A stretch of 63,838 nucleotides of DNA, filler included, from Coriobacteriales bacterium (GTDB taxonomy: Bacteria; Actinomycetota; Coriobacteriia; Coriobacteriales; UBA8131), in the NCBI GenBank assembly GCA_031263105.1. It is 5 parts of 5 records of this genome, joined end to end, with 100 filler letters (N's around TTAATTAATTAA, not from the genome) between each part and the next. Parts side by side here need not be neighbours in the genome. Positions count along the whole stretch, not along the records: positions 1 to 19,657 come from JAISGJ010000193.1; 4 more parts are not named here. One strand, given 5' to 3'. This document shows positions 7,488 through 17,130 of this stretch, piece by piece (position 1 is the stretch's first letter; every line of letters starts with the position of its first letter). Position numbers and translations under genes: made by a program. The notes under the pieces are model-generated. The model was given only the letters and a program-made list of their open reading frames with translations, was not told the origin of the DNA and made no database searches.

Positions 7488-8078
7488 ATGGAAGATCAAG
7501 AAGGATACATAAAGGACAAAGTGACCATCAATATGCTCTGGGCGAATGTACTGAGCGTGCTGGTCTTGATTTCGAGTGCGGTGGTCTTCGGGTCTCTCTA
7601 TTATCTCGTATGGAGAGCGAAGGTCGATTTCTCTGCTACGTTTGAGGTCTTGTCGAATAACCCGCTATTGGTTTTTCTTGTAATGTGCCTGTGCCTCATC
7701 ATAGGCATGGTTGCCCATGAGCTGATTCATGGAATAGTCTGGGCGATGTTTGCGAAAAATGGTTTCAAGTCAATACGGTTCGGCGTCGTCTGGAAAATGC
7801 TCACGCCGTACTGTCATTGCAGTGAGCCTCTGGCAGTAAAGCAGTATGCGCTGGGCGGCATTATGCCAACGATACTGCTTGGTATAATTCCAGCGCTTTT
7901 GGCAATCGCCATAGGAAGCGTCGGACTGCTCGCATTCGGGGTCTTTTTTATAACTGCAGGAAGTGGCGACCTTCTCGTCATCTATGCTTTGCGGCATGAG
8001 CGAGGAGACGCTTTGGTTGAGGACCACCCTTCAGAAGTCGGTTACTTTGTCTATAGGCCTGTCGAAAGCCCTCATTGA
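7488..8078 (+). CDS. DUF3267-like membrane zincin metalloprotease
   Basis: HELIHG motif, TPYCHC.EPL, GDL, HPS..G; several TM helices; GC lower than flanks. Confidence 0.85.
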   Translation: MEDQEGYIKDKVTINMLWANVLSVLVLISSAVVFGSLYYLVWRAKVDFSATFEVLSNNPLLVFLVMCLCLIIGMVAHELIHGIVWAMFAKNGFKSIRFGVVWKMLTPYCHCSEPLAVKQYALGGIMPTILLGIIPALLAIAIGSVGLLAFGVFFITAGSGDLLVIYALRHERGDALVEDHPSEVGYFVYRPVESPH

Positions 8079-8276
8079 CCGAAGGGCGTCAAGGGAGGGG
8101 AGTGTCAAGGTCGGACGTAGGTGACAGGGGAGGGGTTCTTGCCCTGTCCCCTGTCACAGGTTGTACCCAACGGCAGCTCGACAGTTCGCTGCTTGTTACA
8201 TCTTTTCAAATTTGTACCAGTTATTACGGCTCAAACAGGGCTGTCTTCTGGCAAGATGAGAGGGAGGCTACCTGGC

Positions 8277-8525
8277 GTTACTGTGTTCACACCCCCACGG
8301 GCACCCCACTGTCATCCCGAGCCCCACTGTCATCCCGAGCCCCACTGTCATCCCGAGCCCCACTGTCATCCCGAGCCCCACTGTCATTCCGAGCCTGTCG
8401 AGGAATCCTCGACCGCGCCAGCGGCCGACCGCAGGCCGAAGGGCCCCCTGGCCTGCCGTTGGACACTGCGTGTCCAAGGATTCCTCGGCGGGGCTCGGAA
8501 TGACAGTGGGGGTGTGAACAGTAAC
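8277..8525. repeat. Family-2 element, inverted relative to 7115-7391
   Basis: Tandem CCCCACTGTCATCCCGAG units; ends in GTGTGAACAGTAAC. Confidence 0.85.
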
Positions 8526-8677
8526 GTCCTTCGTCATCCGGAAGGCCCAAGGATGCCTCGGATGGTATACTGCAAGGGTCTGGAAGGAGACGCGACGGCT
8601 GCCCTGTTCTGACGAAGTTCTGGCCAATACGTTTCCCTGAAGACGGGCCATCTCAGTGAAGGGCTGGATGTGACACC

Positions 8678-10066
8678 TTGATCGAGCAGATTACAGAGAC
8701 GGTGCTTGCGCGCATCAGGAACCCCGTGTTCCGGGCCAATGCGGAGCTGTACCTTGACATCGCAAAGGACTTTCTGGAGCAGGTCGAGACGTATGGGGTG
8801 CCGCTCGCCCCTGTCGCCGACCGGAGGGCCGGCGACGCGACGGGCAAAGGGCCGGGCAGCTCGGGCGGCGCGACGGACGGCCCAGACGGGTGCCTGCTCG
8901 ATGCGCTGACTGCACGCGGGGTGACCGTCGCCAACGACGGCAAGAGCCTCCATGCGAACTGGATATCCCCGTCCTGCGTGTCGTGTCGCAGGGGCGTGGG
9001 CACCGCGACCTACCTGCTCTCCACCCAGTGCCCGCGCGACTGCTTCTTCTGCTTCAACCACAACCAGGGCAACTACGAGGAGCTGCAGGAGGCGCTCGAC
9101 GACCCCGCCGCACGCCTGACCGAGCTTCACGCCCAAGGCGTCCCCTTCCACGACCTTGCGCTCACGGGCGGCGAGCCCTTGCTGCACAAGGACGAGACCG
9201 CAGAGTTCTTCCGCACCGTGCAGCGGCTCTACCCGGATGCGTACACGCGGCTCTATACGAGCGGCGCCTTCCTCGACGAGGGCTTCCTCGCCGTCCTTGC
9301 CGACGCGGGCCTTGACGAGATCCGCTTCAGCGTCAAGACCGACGACCCGCCGGCCGCCCAGCGCAGGCTCTTCGAGCTCATGCGGCTGGCGCGCACGGCC
9401 CTGCCCGCCGTGGTGGTCGAGATGCCGGTCATGCCCGACGAGCTCGAACCCATGCAGGACCTGCTTCGTGCGCTCGACGGCATCGGCATCGACGGCATCA
9501 ACCTGCTCGAGCTGTGCTTCCCCTACCACAACGCCGAGGAATTCAACCGGCGCGGCTACCTCATCAAGAACCCGCCCTACCGCGTGCTCTACGACTACTG
9601 GTACGCAGGCGGCCTGCCCGTCGCCGGAAGCGAGGAGGCCTGCCTGGCGCTCCTCGGCTTCGCCGTGGAGAAGGGCCTGGCGCTCGGCGTGCACTACTGC
9701 TCGCTCGAGAACAAGTTCTCCGGGCAGATATACCTCCAGAACGCCCCCCAGAAGGAGCGCTACCCCTTCTGCACCTTCTCGGAGCGCGACTGCTTCCTCA
9801 AGTCGGCAAAGGCCTTCGGGCGCGATGTCGCCCCCGTCGAGAAGGCCCTCCTCAAACAGGGGCTGCGCCGCCTGCGCAAGGAGGAGGACGGCTCCCTGCT
9901 CGAGTTCCCGCTCACCTATGTGGAGCGCCTGCGCAAGGCCCTCCCGCAGCTCGAGCTCGGTGTCAGCTACCACGTCGTCGAGGAGGACGAGGGCGGCCCG
10001 TCGCTCCGCGAGCTGCGCCTCGACCTCACGACCCCGGCATCCTTCGACCTCGACAGCGACGGGTAG
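8678..10066 (+). CDS. Radical SAM protein (COG2108-like, function unknown)
   Basis: CPRDCFFC (CxxxCxxC), upstream SPSCVSC, LTGGEPL, RLYTSG, GLDEIRF, VHYCS. Confidence 0.85.
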   Translation: MIEQITETVLARIRNPVFRANAELYLDIAKDFLEQVETYGVPLAPVADRRAGDATGKGPGSSGGATDGPDGCLLDALTARGVTVANDGKSLHANWISPSCVSCRRGVGTATYLLSTQCPRDCFFCFNHNQGNYEELQEALDDPAARLTELHAQGVPFHDLALTGGEPLLHKDETAEFFRTVQRLYPDAYTRLYTSGAFLDEGFLAVLADAGLDEIRFSVKTDDPPAAQRRLFELMRLARTALPAVVVEMPVMPDELEPMQDLLRALDGIGIDGINLLELCFPYHNAEEFNRRGYLIKNPPYRVLYDYWYAGGLPVAGSEEACLALLGFAVEKGLALGVHYCSLENKFSGQIYLQNAPQKERYPFCTFSERDCFLKSAKAFGRDVAPVEKALLKQGLRRLRKEEDGSLLEFPLTYVERLRKALPQLELGVSYHVVEEDEGGPSLRELRLDLTTPASFDLDSDG

Positions 10067-10121
10067 GCCCAGAGAGGGCCGCAGCCGCCGGAACTCCCGA
10101 GTCCCTTCTCGGACAGCAGCC

Positions 10122-11852
10122 TCACACCGCCCATGCGCGGGCTTTGCGCTGCTCCTCCACCATGCGCGCGTACCAGCCGCCTTCCTGCAGCAGCGCGTCG
10201 TGCGTGCCCTGCTCGACGATTCTGCCCTTGTCCAGCACGAGGATGGCGTCGGCGTTTCGGACGGTGTTCAGGCGATGCGCGATGACGATCACGGTCCTGC
10301 CTTCCATCAGGGCGTCCAGCGCACGGTTTATCTCACGCTCGTTGTCGGCGTCCAGGTTGGACGTGGTCTCGTCCAGAAGCACGATGGGCGCGTTCTTTAT
10401 CAGGGCGCGTGCGATGGAGATGCGCTGCTTCTCGCCGCCGGAGAGCGTGTTTCCCCCCTCGCCCACGACGGTTTCATAGCCCTGCGGCAACGCCTCGATG
10501 AACCCATGGCACTGCGCGGCCTGCGCGGCCGCGACCACCTCCTCATGGGTTGCGTCCTGCTTCCCCACCTTGATGTTGTTCTCGACGGTGTCGTTCAGGA
10601 GGTACACGTCCTGCAGCACGACGGCCATGTGCGCTGCGAGGTCGTCCGGCGAGACGCCCCGGACGTCCTCGCCGCCTATGGCGATGCGTCCGCCCGTCAC
10701 GTCCCAGAAGCGCGAGACCAGGCTGACGACGGTCGTCTTTCCGCTGCCGGAGGGGCCGACGAGCGCCGTGGTGGTGCCTGCCTTCGCCGTGAAGTCGATG
10801 TCGTGGAGCACCTCCACGTCGTCTGCGTAGCCGAAGCGCACGTGCTCGAAGGCGACGTCGTAACGCGGCTCCTCGGCCATGCGCCCTTCGCCCCCGAGGG
10901 GCCTCTCGTCCATGATCCGTATGATGCTCTCCCCCGCCCTGTTGAGAAAGGCCATCTCGGGATACAGGCTGCCCAGGCTCGTCATCATCGTGGAGAGCGC
11001 CAGCGCGATCATGATGAGGGAGATCACCTGCGGTGCCGCAAGGCCCTGCCCGAACAGCACGGTGCCGACCACCAGCGCGAGGGGGACGATGCACGAGGTG
11101 AGCGTGGAGAACCCCAAGGAGTACGGCATCACCGAAAGCTCCATCCTGATGGAGGCGTGCCTCAGCTCCTGGAAGCTGTCGTCGAGGCGTTTGAACTTCT
11201 CGCCCGTGAGATTGTAGAGGCGGAAGGTCTTGATGCCGTTCAGGTACTCGACCACGCGCGAGATCACGCCGTGCACCGCCGAGCGCAGCGCCCCGCCCCG
11301 CCGCCTTGCCACCCGTGCCGAAAGCCCCATCAGCGGCAGGGAGAGGAGGACGATGGCACAGACGACGAGGGCGAAGCGCCAGTCGATGACGAAGGAGAAC
11401 GCGACCGCCACCACGGAGAAGAAGGCGATCTTGAAGAACGTGGCGAGCGAATGGGTCAGCACGACCTCGAAATCGGAGATGTCGGTGGTCAGTGCGCTGA
11501 CCAGCGTGCCGATGCTGTTCGAGTTGAAGTATCCCAGGTTCAGGCTGCGGATATGGTCCCCCAGGCCGAGGCGCAGCGACTCCGTGATCTCGACGCCCCG
11601 GTACTGCGTCTGCACGTAGTTCACCGCAGTGAAGACGCAACGCACCACGAAGGTCGCGGCGACGACCACGGTGTAGAGGAGCAGACGGTCCTTCGTGAAG
11701 CTGCCCGCGAGGAGGTCCAGTATCGTGGCGATCATGGCACCGTACATCGCGGCCTGGAGAAGCGACTCCACGCAGGCGAACACGACCGGGAGAACGAGCC
11801 TGCGGGTCTGGGCGCCCGCGATGCGCCGTATCATTGCAAGCGTCGTCCTCAT
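10122..11852 (-). CDS. ABC transporter fused permease/ATPase (IrtAB/YbtPQ-like half 2)
   Basis: TM domain plus GPSGSGKT, LSGGEKQR, LLDE, IAHRL. Confidence 0.9.
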   Translation of the reverse strand: MRTTLAMIRRIAGAQTRRLVLPVVFACVESLLQAAMYGAMIATILDLLAGSFTKDRLLLYTVVVAATFVVRCVFTAVNYVQTQYRGVEITESLRLGLGDHIRSLNLGYFNSNSIGTLVSALTTDISDFEVVLTHSLATFFKIAFFSVVAVAFSFVIDWRFALVVCAIVLLSLPLMGLSARVARRRGGALRSAVHGVISRVVEYLNGIKTFRLYNLTGEKFKRLDDSFQELRHASIRMELSVMPYSLGFSTLTSCIVPLALVVGTVLFGQGLAAPQVISLIMIALALSTMMTSLGSLYPEMAFLNRAGESIIRIMDERPLGGEGRMAEEPRYDVAFEHVRFGYADDVEVLHDIDFTAKAGTTTALVGPSGSGKTTVVSLVSRFWDVTGGRIAIGGEDVRGVSPDDLAAHMAVVLQDVYLLNDTVENNIKVGKQDATHEEVVAAAQAAQCHGFIEALPQGYETVVGEGGNTLSGGEKQRISIARALIKNAPIVLLDETTSNLDADNEREINRALDALMEGRTVIVIAHRLNTVRNADAILVLDKGRIVEQGTHDALLQEGGWYARMVEEQRKARAWAV

Positions 11853-13609
11853 GCCGGCACCTCCTGACCGTAGGCCTCCCACATCCGGCTGTACAGGCCG
11901 TCCTTCCCAAGCAGCGCCTCATGGGTCCCGCGCTCGACGATCCGGCCCTTGTCGAACACGCAGATCTGGTCTGCGCCCACGATCGTATGCAGCCGGTGGG
12001 CGATCATGACAGTGGTCTTATGCTGCAACAGGCGGGAGAGCGCGAGCTGTATCCTGTGCTCGTTCTCTATGTCCGTGAAGCTGGTGGCCTCGTCGAAGAT
12101 GACGATGGGCGCGTCCTTCAGGATCGCCCGCGCGATGCAGATGCGCTGCCGCTCTCCGCCGGAAAGCTTCGTGCCCCCCTCCCCGACCCTCGTCTGGTAA
12201 CCATCCGGCAGGCCCGCGATGAAGCCGTGTATCTGCGCGGCCTCGGCCGCTGCCTCCACGTCCCTTTGGGTCGCCCCCGCCTTGCCGATCGCTATGTTCT
12301 CGTAGACGGTGTCGTTGAGCATGAAGGTCTCCTGGAACACGAAGGAGATCAGGTCCATCAGGTTCTCCGAGGCCAAGGTGCCGATTCCCTCGCCGTCGAT
12401 CGTGATGCTCCCGCCGGTCACCTCCCAGAACTGGGGGATCAGCTGGGCGGCCGTCGTCTTCCCCGCTCCGGAGGCGCCCACAAAGGCCGTCAGGGTCCCG
12501 GCGGGCAGATCGAGGGTCAGGCCGTGCAGCACCTCCGCCTCCCCATAGGCGAAGCCGACGTCCTGGAAGTGCAGGCTGTGCACGCCGCTTGCAGGGAGCT
12601 CAAGGCGGCCGGACGCGCCCTCTGGGATGTCCATGATGTGCTTGATGCGCGCGATGCCGCCGGTGATCTGCGCGAAGAGCTGCGCGAAGTTGACCAGGTT
12701 CAAAAGCCCCGTCAGGAACACGAGGCCCATGATCATGAAGAAGACGAAGGTCTCCGCAGCGAGCGACCCGTCGAGGAAGAGGATGCCGCCGATGGGCAGC
12801 ATGAACAGGATGCTGCTCTCGATGAGCGCGACCAGGATGCCGTAGGGGTAGCCCTGCAACTTGGTGGCGCGCCTCCAGAAGGCGGCATAGTGCCTCACGG
12901 TGTCGGAGTATTCCCGGTAGGAGGCCGTCGTCAGGTTGAAGGCCTTCATGACCGGCATCCCGTTCATGAACTGCATGATGGATGAGTTGAGCCGCTCCAA
13001 CAGTTTCTGGTAGGGAGCCATCTGCCTGCCGGTGAGCGCCAGGGCGACGCCCAGGATGACGAACCCCAGCACCAGCGGCGCAAGCGTGGCCAGCGCCATG
13101 GGCACATGGATGGTGAGCAGGTAGACGAACACGGCGATGGGCACGACGACGGCCGCGACCACGTCCGGGACCTGATGCGCGAGGAACTTCTCGATGCGCT
13201 CCACGTCCTCGATGACGACCTTCTTGACCTCGCCGGACGTATGGTCGGAGAAGAAGCCGAGGGGTATCTTCCCGATATGGCGGCTGATGCGCGCGCGCAC
13301 CGAATAGAGCGTGTTGAAGGCGCCGACGTGCGAGAGTCCCAGCGCAAGGGTCTGGAACAGGGCCCTCAGCACGATCGCGACGACGGCGACCAGGCCGTAC
13401 TGCAAGGCCGCCTGGACGTCCGCACTGCCGCCGAACAGGAACAGCAGCACCTGGTACACCATGACGTATGGCACGAAGCCGCACAGCCCCGACAGGACGC
13501 TGAGCAGCGCAGAGAGCGCGAGCAGCGGCCTGTTCCTCCCGGCAAGGCCCATCAGGTAGCCAAGCCCCACCTTGCTTCCGCCGCCTCTCGCAGCCGGCTT
13601 CCCGTCCAT
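11849..13609 (-). CDS. ABC transporter fused permease/ATPase (IrtAB/YbtPQ-like half 1)
   Basis: SH..AF..L...R, GASGAGKT, LSGGERQR, FDEATS; ATGA-coupled to the partner gene. Confidence 0.9.
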   Translation of the reverse strand: MDGKPAARGGGSKVGLGYLMGLAGRNRPLLALSALLSVLSGLCGFVPYVMVYQVLLFLFGGSADVQAALQYGLVAVVAIVLRALFQTLALGLSHVGAFNTLYSVRARISRHIGKIPLGFFSDHTSGEVKKVVIEDVERIEKFLAHQVPDVVAAVVVPIAVFVYLLTIHVPMALATLAPLVLGFVILGVALALTGRQMAPYQKLLERLNSSIMQFMNGMPVMKAFNLTTASYREYSDTVRHYAAFWRRATKLQGYPYGILVALIESSILFMLPIGGILFLDGSLAAETFVFFMIMGLVFLTGLLNLVNFAQLFAQITGGIARIKHIMDIPEGASGRLELPASGVHSLHFQDVGFAYGEAEVLHGLTLDLPAGTLTAFVGASGAGKTTAAQLIPQFWEVTGGSITIDGEGIGTLASENLMDLISFVFQETFMLNDTVYENIAIGKAGATQRDVEAAAEAAQIHGFIAGLPDGYQTRVGEGGTKLSGGERQRICIARAILKDAPIVIFDEATSFTDIENEHRIQLALSRLLQHKTTVMIAHRLHTIVGADQICVFDKGRIVERGTHEALLGKDGLYSRMWEAYGQEVPA

Positions 13610-13662
13610 AGCGCCTCCTTTGAACCTCACGCCCCCCGCTGTCGAACTGCGTGCGAACGTAT

Positions 13663-13740
13663 AGTTAGAATTTCCTAACTACCCAGTTTAAGGCCCCTCC
13701 CGTCCCCTCGCAACTCCAAAGGGAAACGTTCCAATCCAAT
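13663..13740 (-). promoter_or_regulatory. Promoter/operator block, copy 1 (ABC operon)
   Basis: TTGCGA-17-TAAACT on the minus strand; AGTTAG-N6-CTAACT palindrome; 38 bp identical to 16998-17035. Confidence 0.75.
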
Positions 13741-13929
13741 GCAGCATTTGTGTAGAGGAATGGGCGCGGCCCTCTCCACAGGGCACCCGTCCCTCAACTC
13801 ATTCGCCTGCAACGACTTCGAGGTGGTGGACCACTTCTTCCCAAAGAGGCTGCCGCATTCAAAGGGGACGTACTATGCAGAGGTCTCGACGAACCTTTTG
13901 AAGGTGGCTTCATGAAGACGCAGGTGCGG

Positions 13930-15435
13930 TTACGCTGAGGAACGCAGCAGGGCCTTCAGTCTCGGATATGTGGAGGGGACGAGGGGGAAGTCCTCGATGC
14001 TCTCCCCGCCCGCAAAGCCCAGGATGCGCGTGGCGGCATGGGCGAGGAACTCGTAGTCGTGTGAGATCACGAAGACGGTCTTTCCTTGTGCGGACAACTC
14101 CCGTAAAAGGACGCAGAGCCGCCGCATGCTCCTGCCGTCCAAGCCGCTGGTCGGCTCGTCCATGAACAGGATGTCCGCGCCTTTGGCGATGCAGGCACCG
14201 ATGGTCAGGCGCTGCTTCTGCCCGCCGGAAAGCGACTGGGGATGCCGGTCGGCGAGACCGGCGAGGCCCAGCTTCTCAAGCAGCGTGTCTGCGGTACGAC
14301 GTGCTGTCTCCGTGTCCTTCAGGCCCAACAGAAGCTCGTCGCGGGCGCTCTCGGCGAACAACTGGTAGTCCGCGTCCTGCATGACGAGCCCGCACTGGTC
14401 GCAGCGCCGCCGCCTGCGGTCCTGCCTGCGTCCGCTCAAACGGATATTCCCGGAAAGCTGTTGTTCCAAGCCGCATATCGTGCGGGCGAAGGTGGTCTTG
14501 CCCACGCCGTTCCTTCCCACGATGCCGACGATCTCTCCCGGACAGAAACGCAGGGAGATGCCTTTGAGCAGATGTGCGCCCCGATAGCCGACGCAGAGGT
14601 TCTCCAGCTGCACGGAGGGGGCCGTTGGCGATAAGGGCAGGGATATGCATGGCAGCGAGGAGGACGGAGAGGAGTCGCCCGACGCCTGCTCCAAGGTGAA
14701 GCTGCGCAGCCCGTAGTGTTCGCGTTGCGAACGGCTGAGGCTCCTCCAGCTTCCGTCCGTCAGATCCAGCACTACCTCGCCGCCCTCGATTACAACCATA
14801 CGGTCAATCAGGTCCGCCAGGTACGAGAGGCGGTGCTCGGAGACGATGACGGTCCTCCCCTGCCGCTTCAGGGCGGCGATGGTGTTTGCCAGCTCCCTTG
14901 TGGCCACCCTATCGAGGTTCGCGCTGGGCTCGTCGAACACATAGACGCTTGGCTGCATGGCCCGTATCGAGGCGATGGCGACCTGCTGCTTCTCCCCGCT
15001 GGAAAGACGGAAGATGCTGCGATCCTTGAGGGCACGCAGGCCCTCCTCTTCGAACAAGGCATCGACACGCGCGTTCACGGCATCGGTGCCGACTGCCAGG
15101 TTCTCTGCGCCGAAGGCCACCTCGTCGGTGGTCGTCGTGGTGTAGAACTGGCTGCGCGGGTCTTGGAACACCGATCCCACGAGCCGTGCGCGCTCATAGG
15201 CGGCCATGTGCGCGGCATCGCGGCCGCACAGGGTCACCGTGCCCGAGAGCGTGCCCTCATAGAAGTGCGGGAACAGGCCGTTGATCACGCGCGTGACCGT
15301 CGTCTTCCCGCAGCCGCTCCCGCCGCACAGCGCCACGACCTGCCCGGTGGGAACCGTCAGGTCAAGGCAACGGATGCAGGGGTCGTCCGCACCCTGGTAC
15401 CTCACGCCGACCCCCTTCAGCTCGACCGCGTTCAA
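13930..15435 (-). CDS. ECF transporter duplicated ATPase
   Basis: Two NBDs (GGSGCGKT...LSSGEKQ; GRNGVGKT...LSGGQKQR). TTG start overlaps the ecfT stop. Confidence 0.9.
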   Translation of the reverse strand: MNAVELKGVGVRYQGADDPCIRCLDLTVPTGQVVALCGGSGCGKTTVTRVINGLFPHFYEGTLSGTVTLCGRDAAHMAAYERARLVGSVFQDPRSQFYTTTTTDEVAFGAENLAVGTDAVNARVDALFEEEGLRALKDRSIFRLSSGEKQQVAIASIRAMQPSVYVFDEPSANLDRVATRELANTIAALKRQGRTVIVSEHRLSYLADLIDRMVVIEGGEVVLDLTDGSWRSLSRSQREHYGLRSFTLEQASGDSSPSSSLPCISLPLSPTAPSVQLENLCVGYRGAHLLKGISLRFCPGEIVGIVGRNGVGKTTFARTICGLEQQLSGNIRLSGRRQDRRRRRCDQCGLVMQDADYQLFAESARDELLLGLKDTETARRTADTLLEKLGLAGLADRHPQSLSGGQKQRLTIGACIAKGADILFMDEPTSGLDGRSMRRLCVLLRELSAQGKTVFVISHDYEFLAHAATRILGFAGGESIEDFPLVPSTYPRLKALLRSSA

Positions 15436-16142
15436 AGCGAGAGCACTCCTTTGTCCAGTGCGACCACAGCACCGAACATCGCCAGCACCAGCACAAGGTA
15501 GGCACTGTCCCTCCCCTGCCAGCGCAGCGGCAGGCGCACGGTGCGGGGCTCGGGACTCTCGATCCCCCGCACCACGGCGCTGGCGGCCAGTTCCTCGGAG
15601 ACCTTGGTCGCACGCATCAGAAGTGGCAGGAACAGATGTTCCAGCAGTGCGGCGGGCGCCCTGACGAGGCCCCAAGGCGAGGGACGCAGGCCGCGCATCC
15701 TCAAGGCATCCGTGATATGCCCGACCTCCTGTCCGATAGTCGGCGCAAAGCGGAACATGACGGAGACAGGGACCGTCACCACGCGCGGCACACGCCAGGA
15801 CTCCAAGGCCTGTATGACCTGCCCTGTCCCGGTCGTCTGGAGCAGCAGCATGACGAGTGCCGACAGGGGGACGAAGCGCGCAATCATGAACAGCAGCATC
15901 GAGAGCACGGTCGTCATAGTGGACGGCACCAGCAACAGGAGCTGGCTGGCACCGAGCGCCAACGCGTATGCCGCTGCCGCCTTGAGTGCGAACAGCGGCC
16001 TGCCGCAAAGACAGAACAACAGGGCGAGCAGCGCCATGTAGGCGACACCGGCCCAGAGGCTCCTGACGATGAAGAGGAGCACGCCGGTCAAGGCCACGTG
16101 CAGCAGCTTCGCCCGCGTATCGATGGCCTCAAGCGGAAGCAT
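15432..16142 (-). CDS. ecfT: ECF transporter transmembrane component T
   Basis: DTRAKL, FRFAPTI, DALRMRG, SAVVRG motifs. Confidence 0.85.
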   Translation of the reverse strand: MLPLEAIDTRAKLLHVALTGVLLFIVRSLWAGVAYMALLALLFCLCGRPLFALKAAAAYALALGASQLLLLVPSTMTTVLSMLLFMIARFVPLSALVMLLLQTTGTGQVIQALESWRVPRVVTVPVSVMFRFAPTIGQEVGHITDALRMRGLRPSPWGLVRAPAALLEHLFLPLLMRATKVSEELAASAVVRGIESPEPRTVRLPLRWQGRDSAYLVLVLAMFGAVVALDKGVLSL

Positions 16143-16202
16143 TAGCGCTCCGTCAGGCCCGAAGGCTCCGTCAGACCCAAGGCCAGCGGCATCTGCGTCT
16201 CC

Positions 16203-16868
16203 CTAGATGATGCCGGCCTTTTGGAAGTGCTTCCTCATGATGCGGCGTGCAAGCAGCGCACCCAGCACGGACATCACAAAGCAGGCCGCAAAGGCGGCAA
16301 CGCCGACGGGTCCCTTGGCGGAGTCCACCACGGCGAGCACGTAGTCCTGACTTGCCCCGCTTGCACTGCCGGAAAGCGACATATCGATATAAAGCTGGGT
16401 GTTGATATAGATGACGCCGAGGTCGCCGATGAAGTTGCCCAACATGATGCACAGATACGCAACAGTAAGCCGCCTCACGCTCTTGTATCCGCCCCTCATC
16501 AGGACAAGTTCCGAGACGGCCGCACCGACTATCATCCCGGCACCATAGGTATAGCCGCCCCAAATCATCCAGATGACGCCCACGATACCGAAGGCCAGAA
16601 GCGACACGAAGGGCTTGTTCGCCTTCGAGACCAGCAGAAAGTACAAAGGAGCACCGAGGAGCGCCGCTATCGCGGATTGGAACGGATACGTGGCGGGCAC
16701 GATCCCCGCCAGCGTCATGGAGACAATGGTGACGATGAAGAGGATGACGCCGAAGATGCCGACCATGACCAGATCCTTGACCTGGAGCCCGGCCGAGGAC
16801 CTGCCTTGTAACTCGCCCTGGGCCTCGTCATGGAATCCGCTCCGAGCTTCGTTTCCCGCCTGTGCCAT
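16203..16868 (-). CDS. ECF transporter S component (MptD/TIGR02185-like)
   Basis: L.VKDLV.VGIF N-terminus, ...KHFQKAGI C-terminus, about 6 TM helices. Confidence 0.85.
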   Translation of the reverse strand: MAQAGNEARSGFHDEAQGELQGRSSAGLQVKDLVMVGIFGVILFIVTIVSMTLAGIVPATYPFQSAIAALLGAPLYFLLVSKANKPFVSLLAFGIVGVIWMIWGGYTYGAGMIVGAAVSELVLMRGGYKSVRRLTVAYLCIMLGNFIGDLGVIYINTQLYIDMSLSGSASGASQDYVLAVVDSAKGPVGVAAFAACFVMSVLGALLARRIMRKHFQKAGII

Positions 16869-16957
16869 GGCATTTCCTTTCTGCCTCTGAACCGAGCGAG
16901 CAGCTTGCGGGCGGCCTGAACGCAGGACGCCGACAAACAGCCTGTAACCTTCCTTCT

Positions 16958-17035
16958 GTTAGAAATATCTAACTAACCTAGTTTAGAGCCCCTTACATCC
17001 CCTCGCAACTCCAAAGGGAAACGTTCCAATCCAAT
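16958..17035 (-). promoter_or_regulatory. Promoter/operator block, copy 2 (ECF operon)
   Basis: GTTAG-N6-CTAAC; TTGCGA-17-TAAACT; 38 bp identical to 13703-13740. Confidence 0.75.
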
Positions 17036-17130
17036 CCACCATGTGCGTGAAAAACTTTGACCAAGGGAAGAATTGAATGAAAACGATTACGATGAAACGA
17101 GCAATGAGTCAAGGTTGCCGGTCACACCGC

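Noticed and set aside
7115..8525. Family-2 ends as integron attC sites
   Set aside because: GTT...AAC is in the opposite arrangement to attC (AAC...GTT), there is no integrase, and target duplications are present.
9156..11867. Very long alternative-frame ORFs (also 25107-27500, 27331-29889, 33738-36017, 44005-46932)
   Set aside because: Shadow ORFs of real high-GC genes with no motifs.
5830..13609. Peptide + radical SAM + ABC pair as one RiPP cluster
   Set aside because: The genes are separated and convergent. The ABC pair lacks a C39 peptidase domain and shares a promoter with the ECF operon. The radical SAM protein lacks a clear SPASM/RRE domain.
13760..13915. 51-codon plus-strand ORF between the ABC and ECF operons
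   Set aside because: No recognisable motif; possibly a gene remnant, but cannot be supported.
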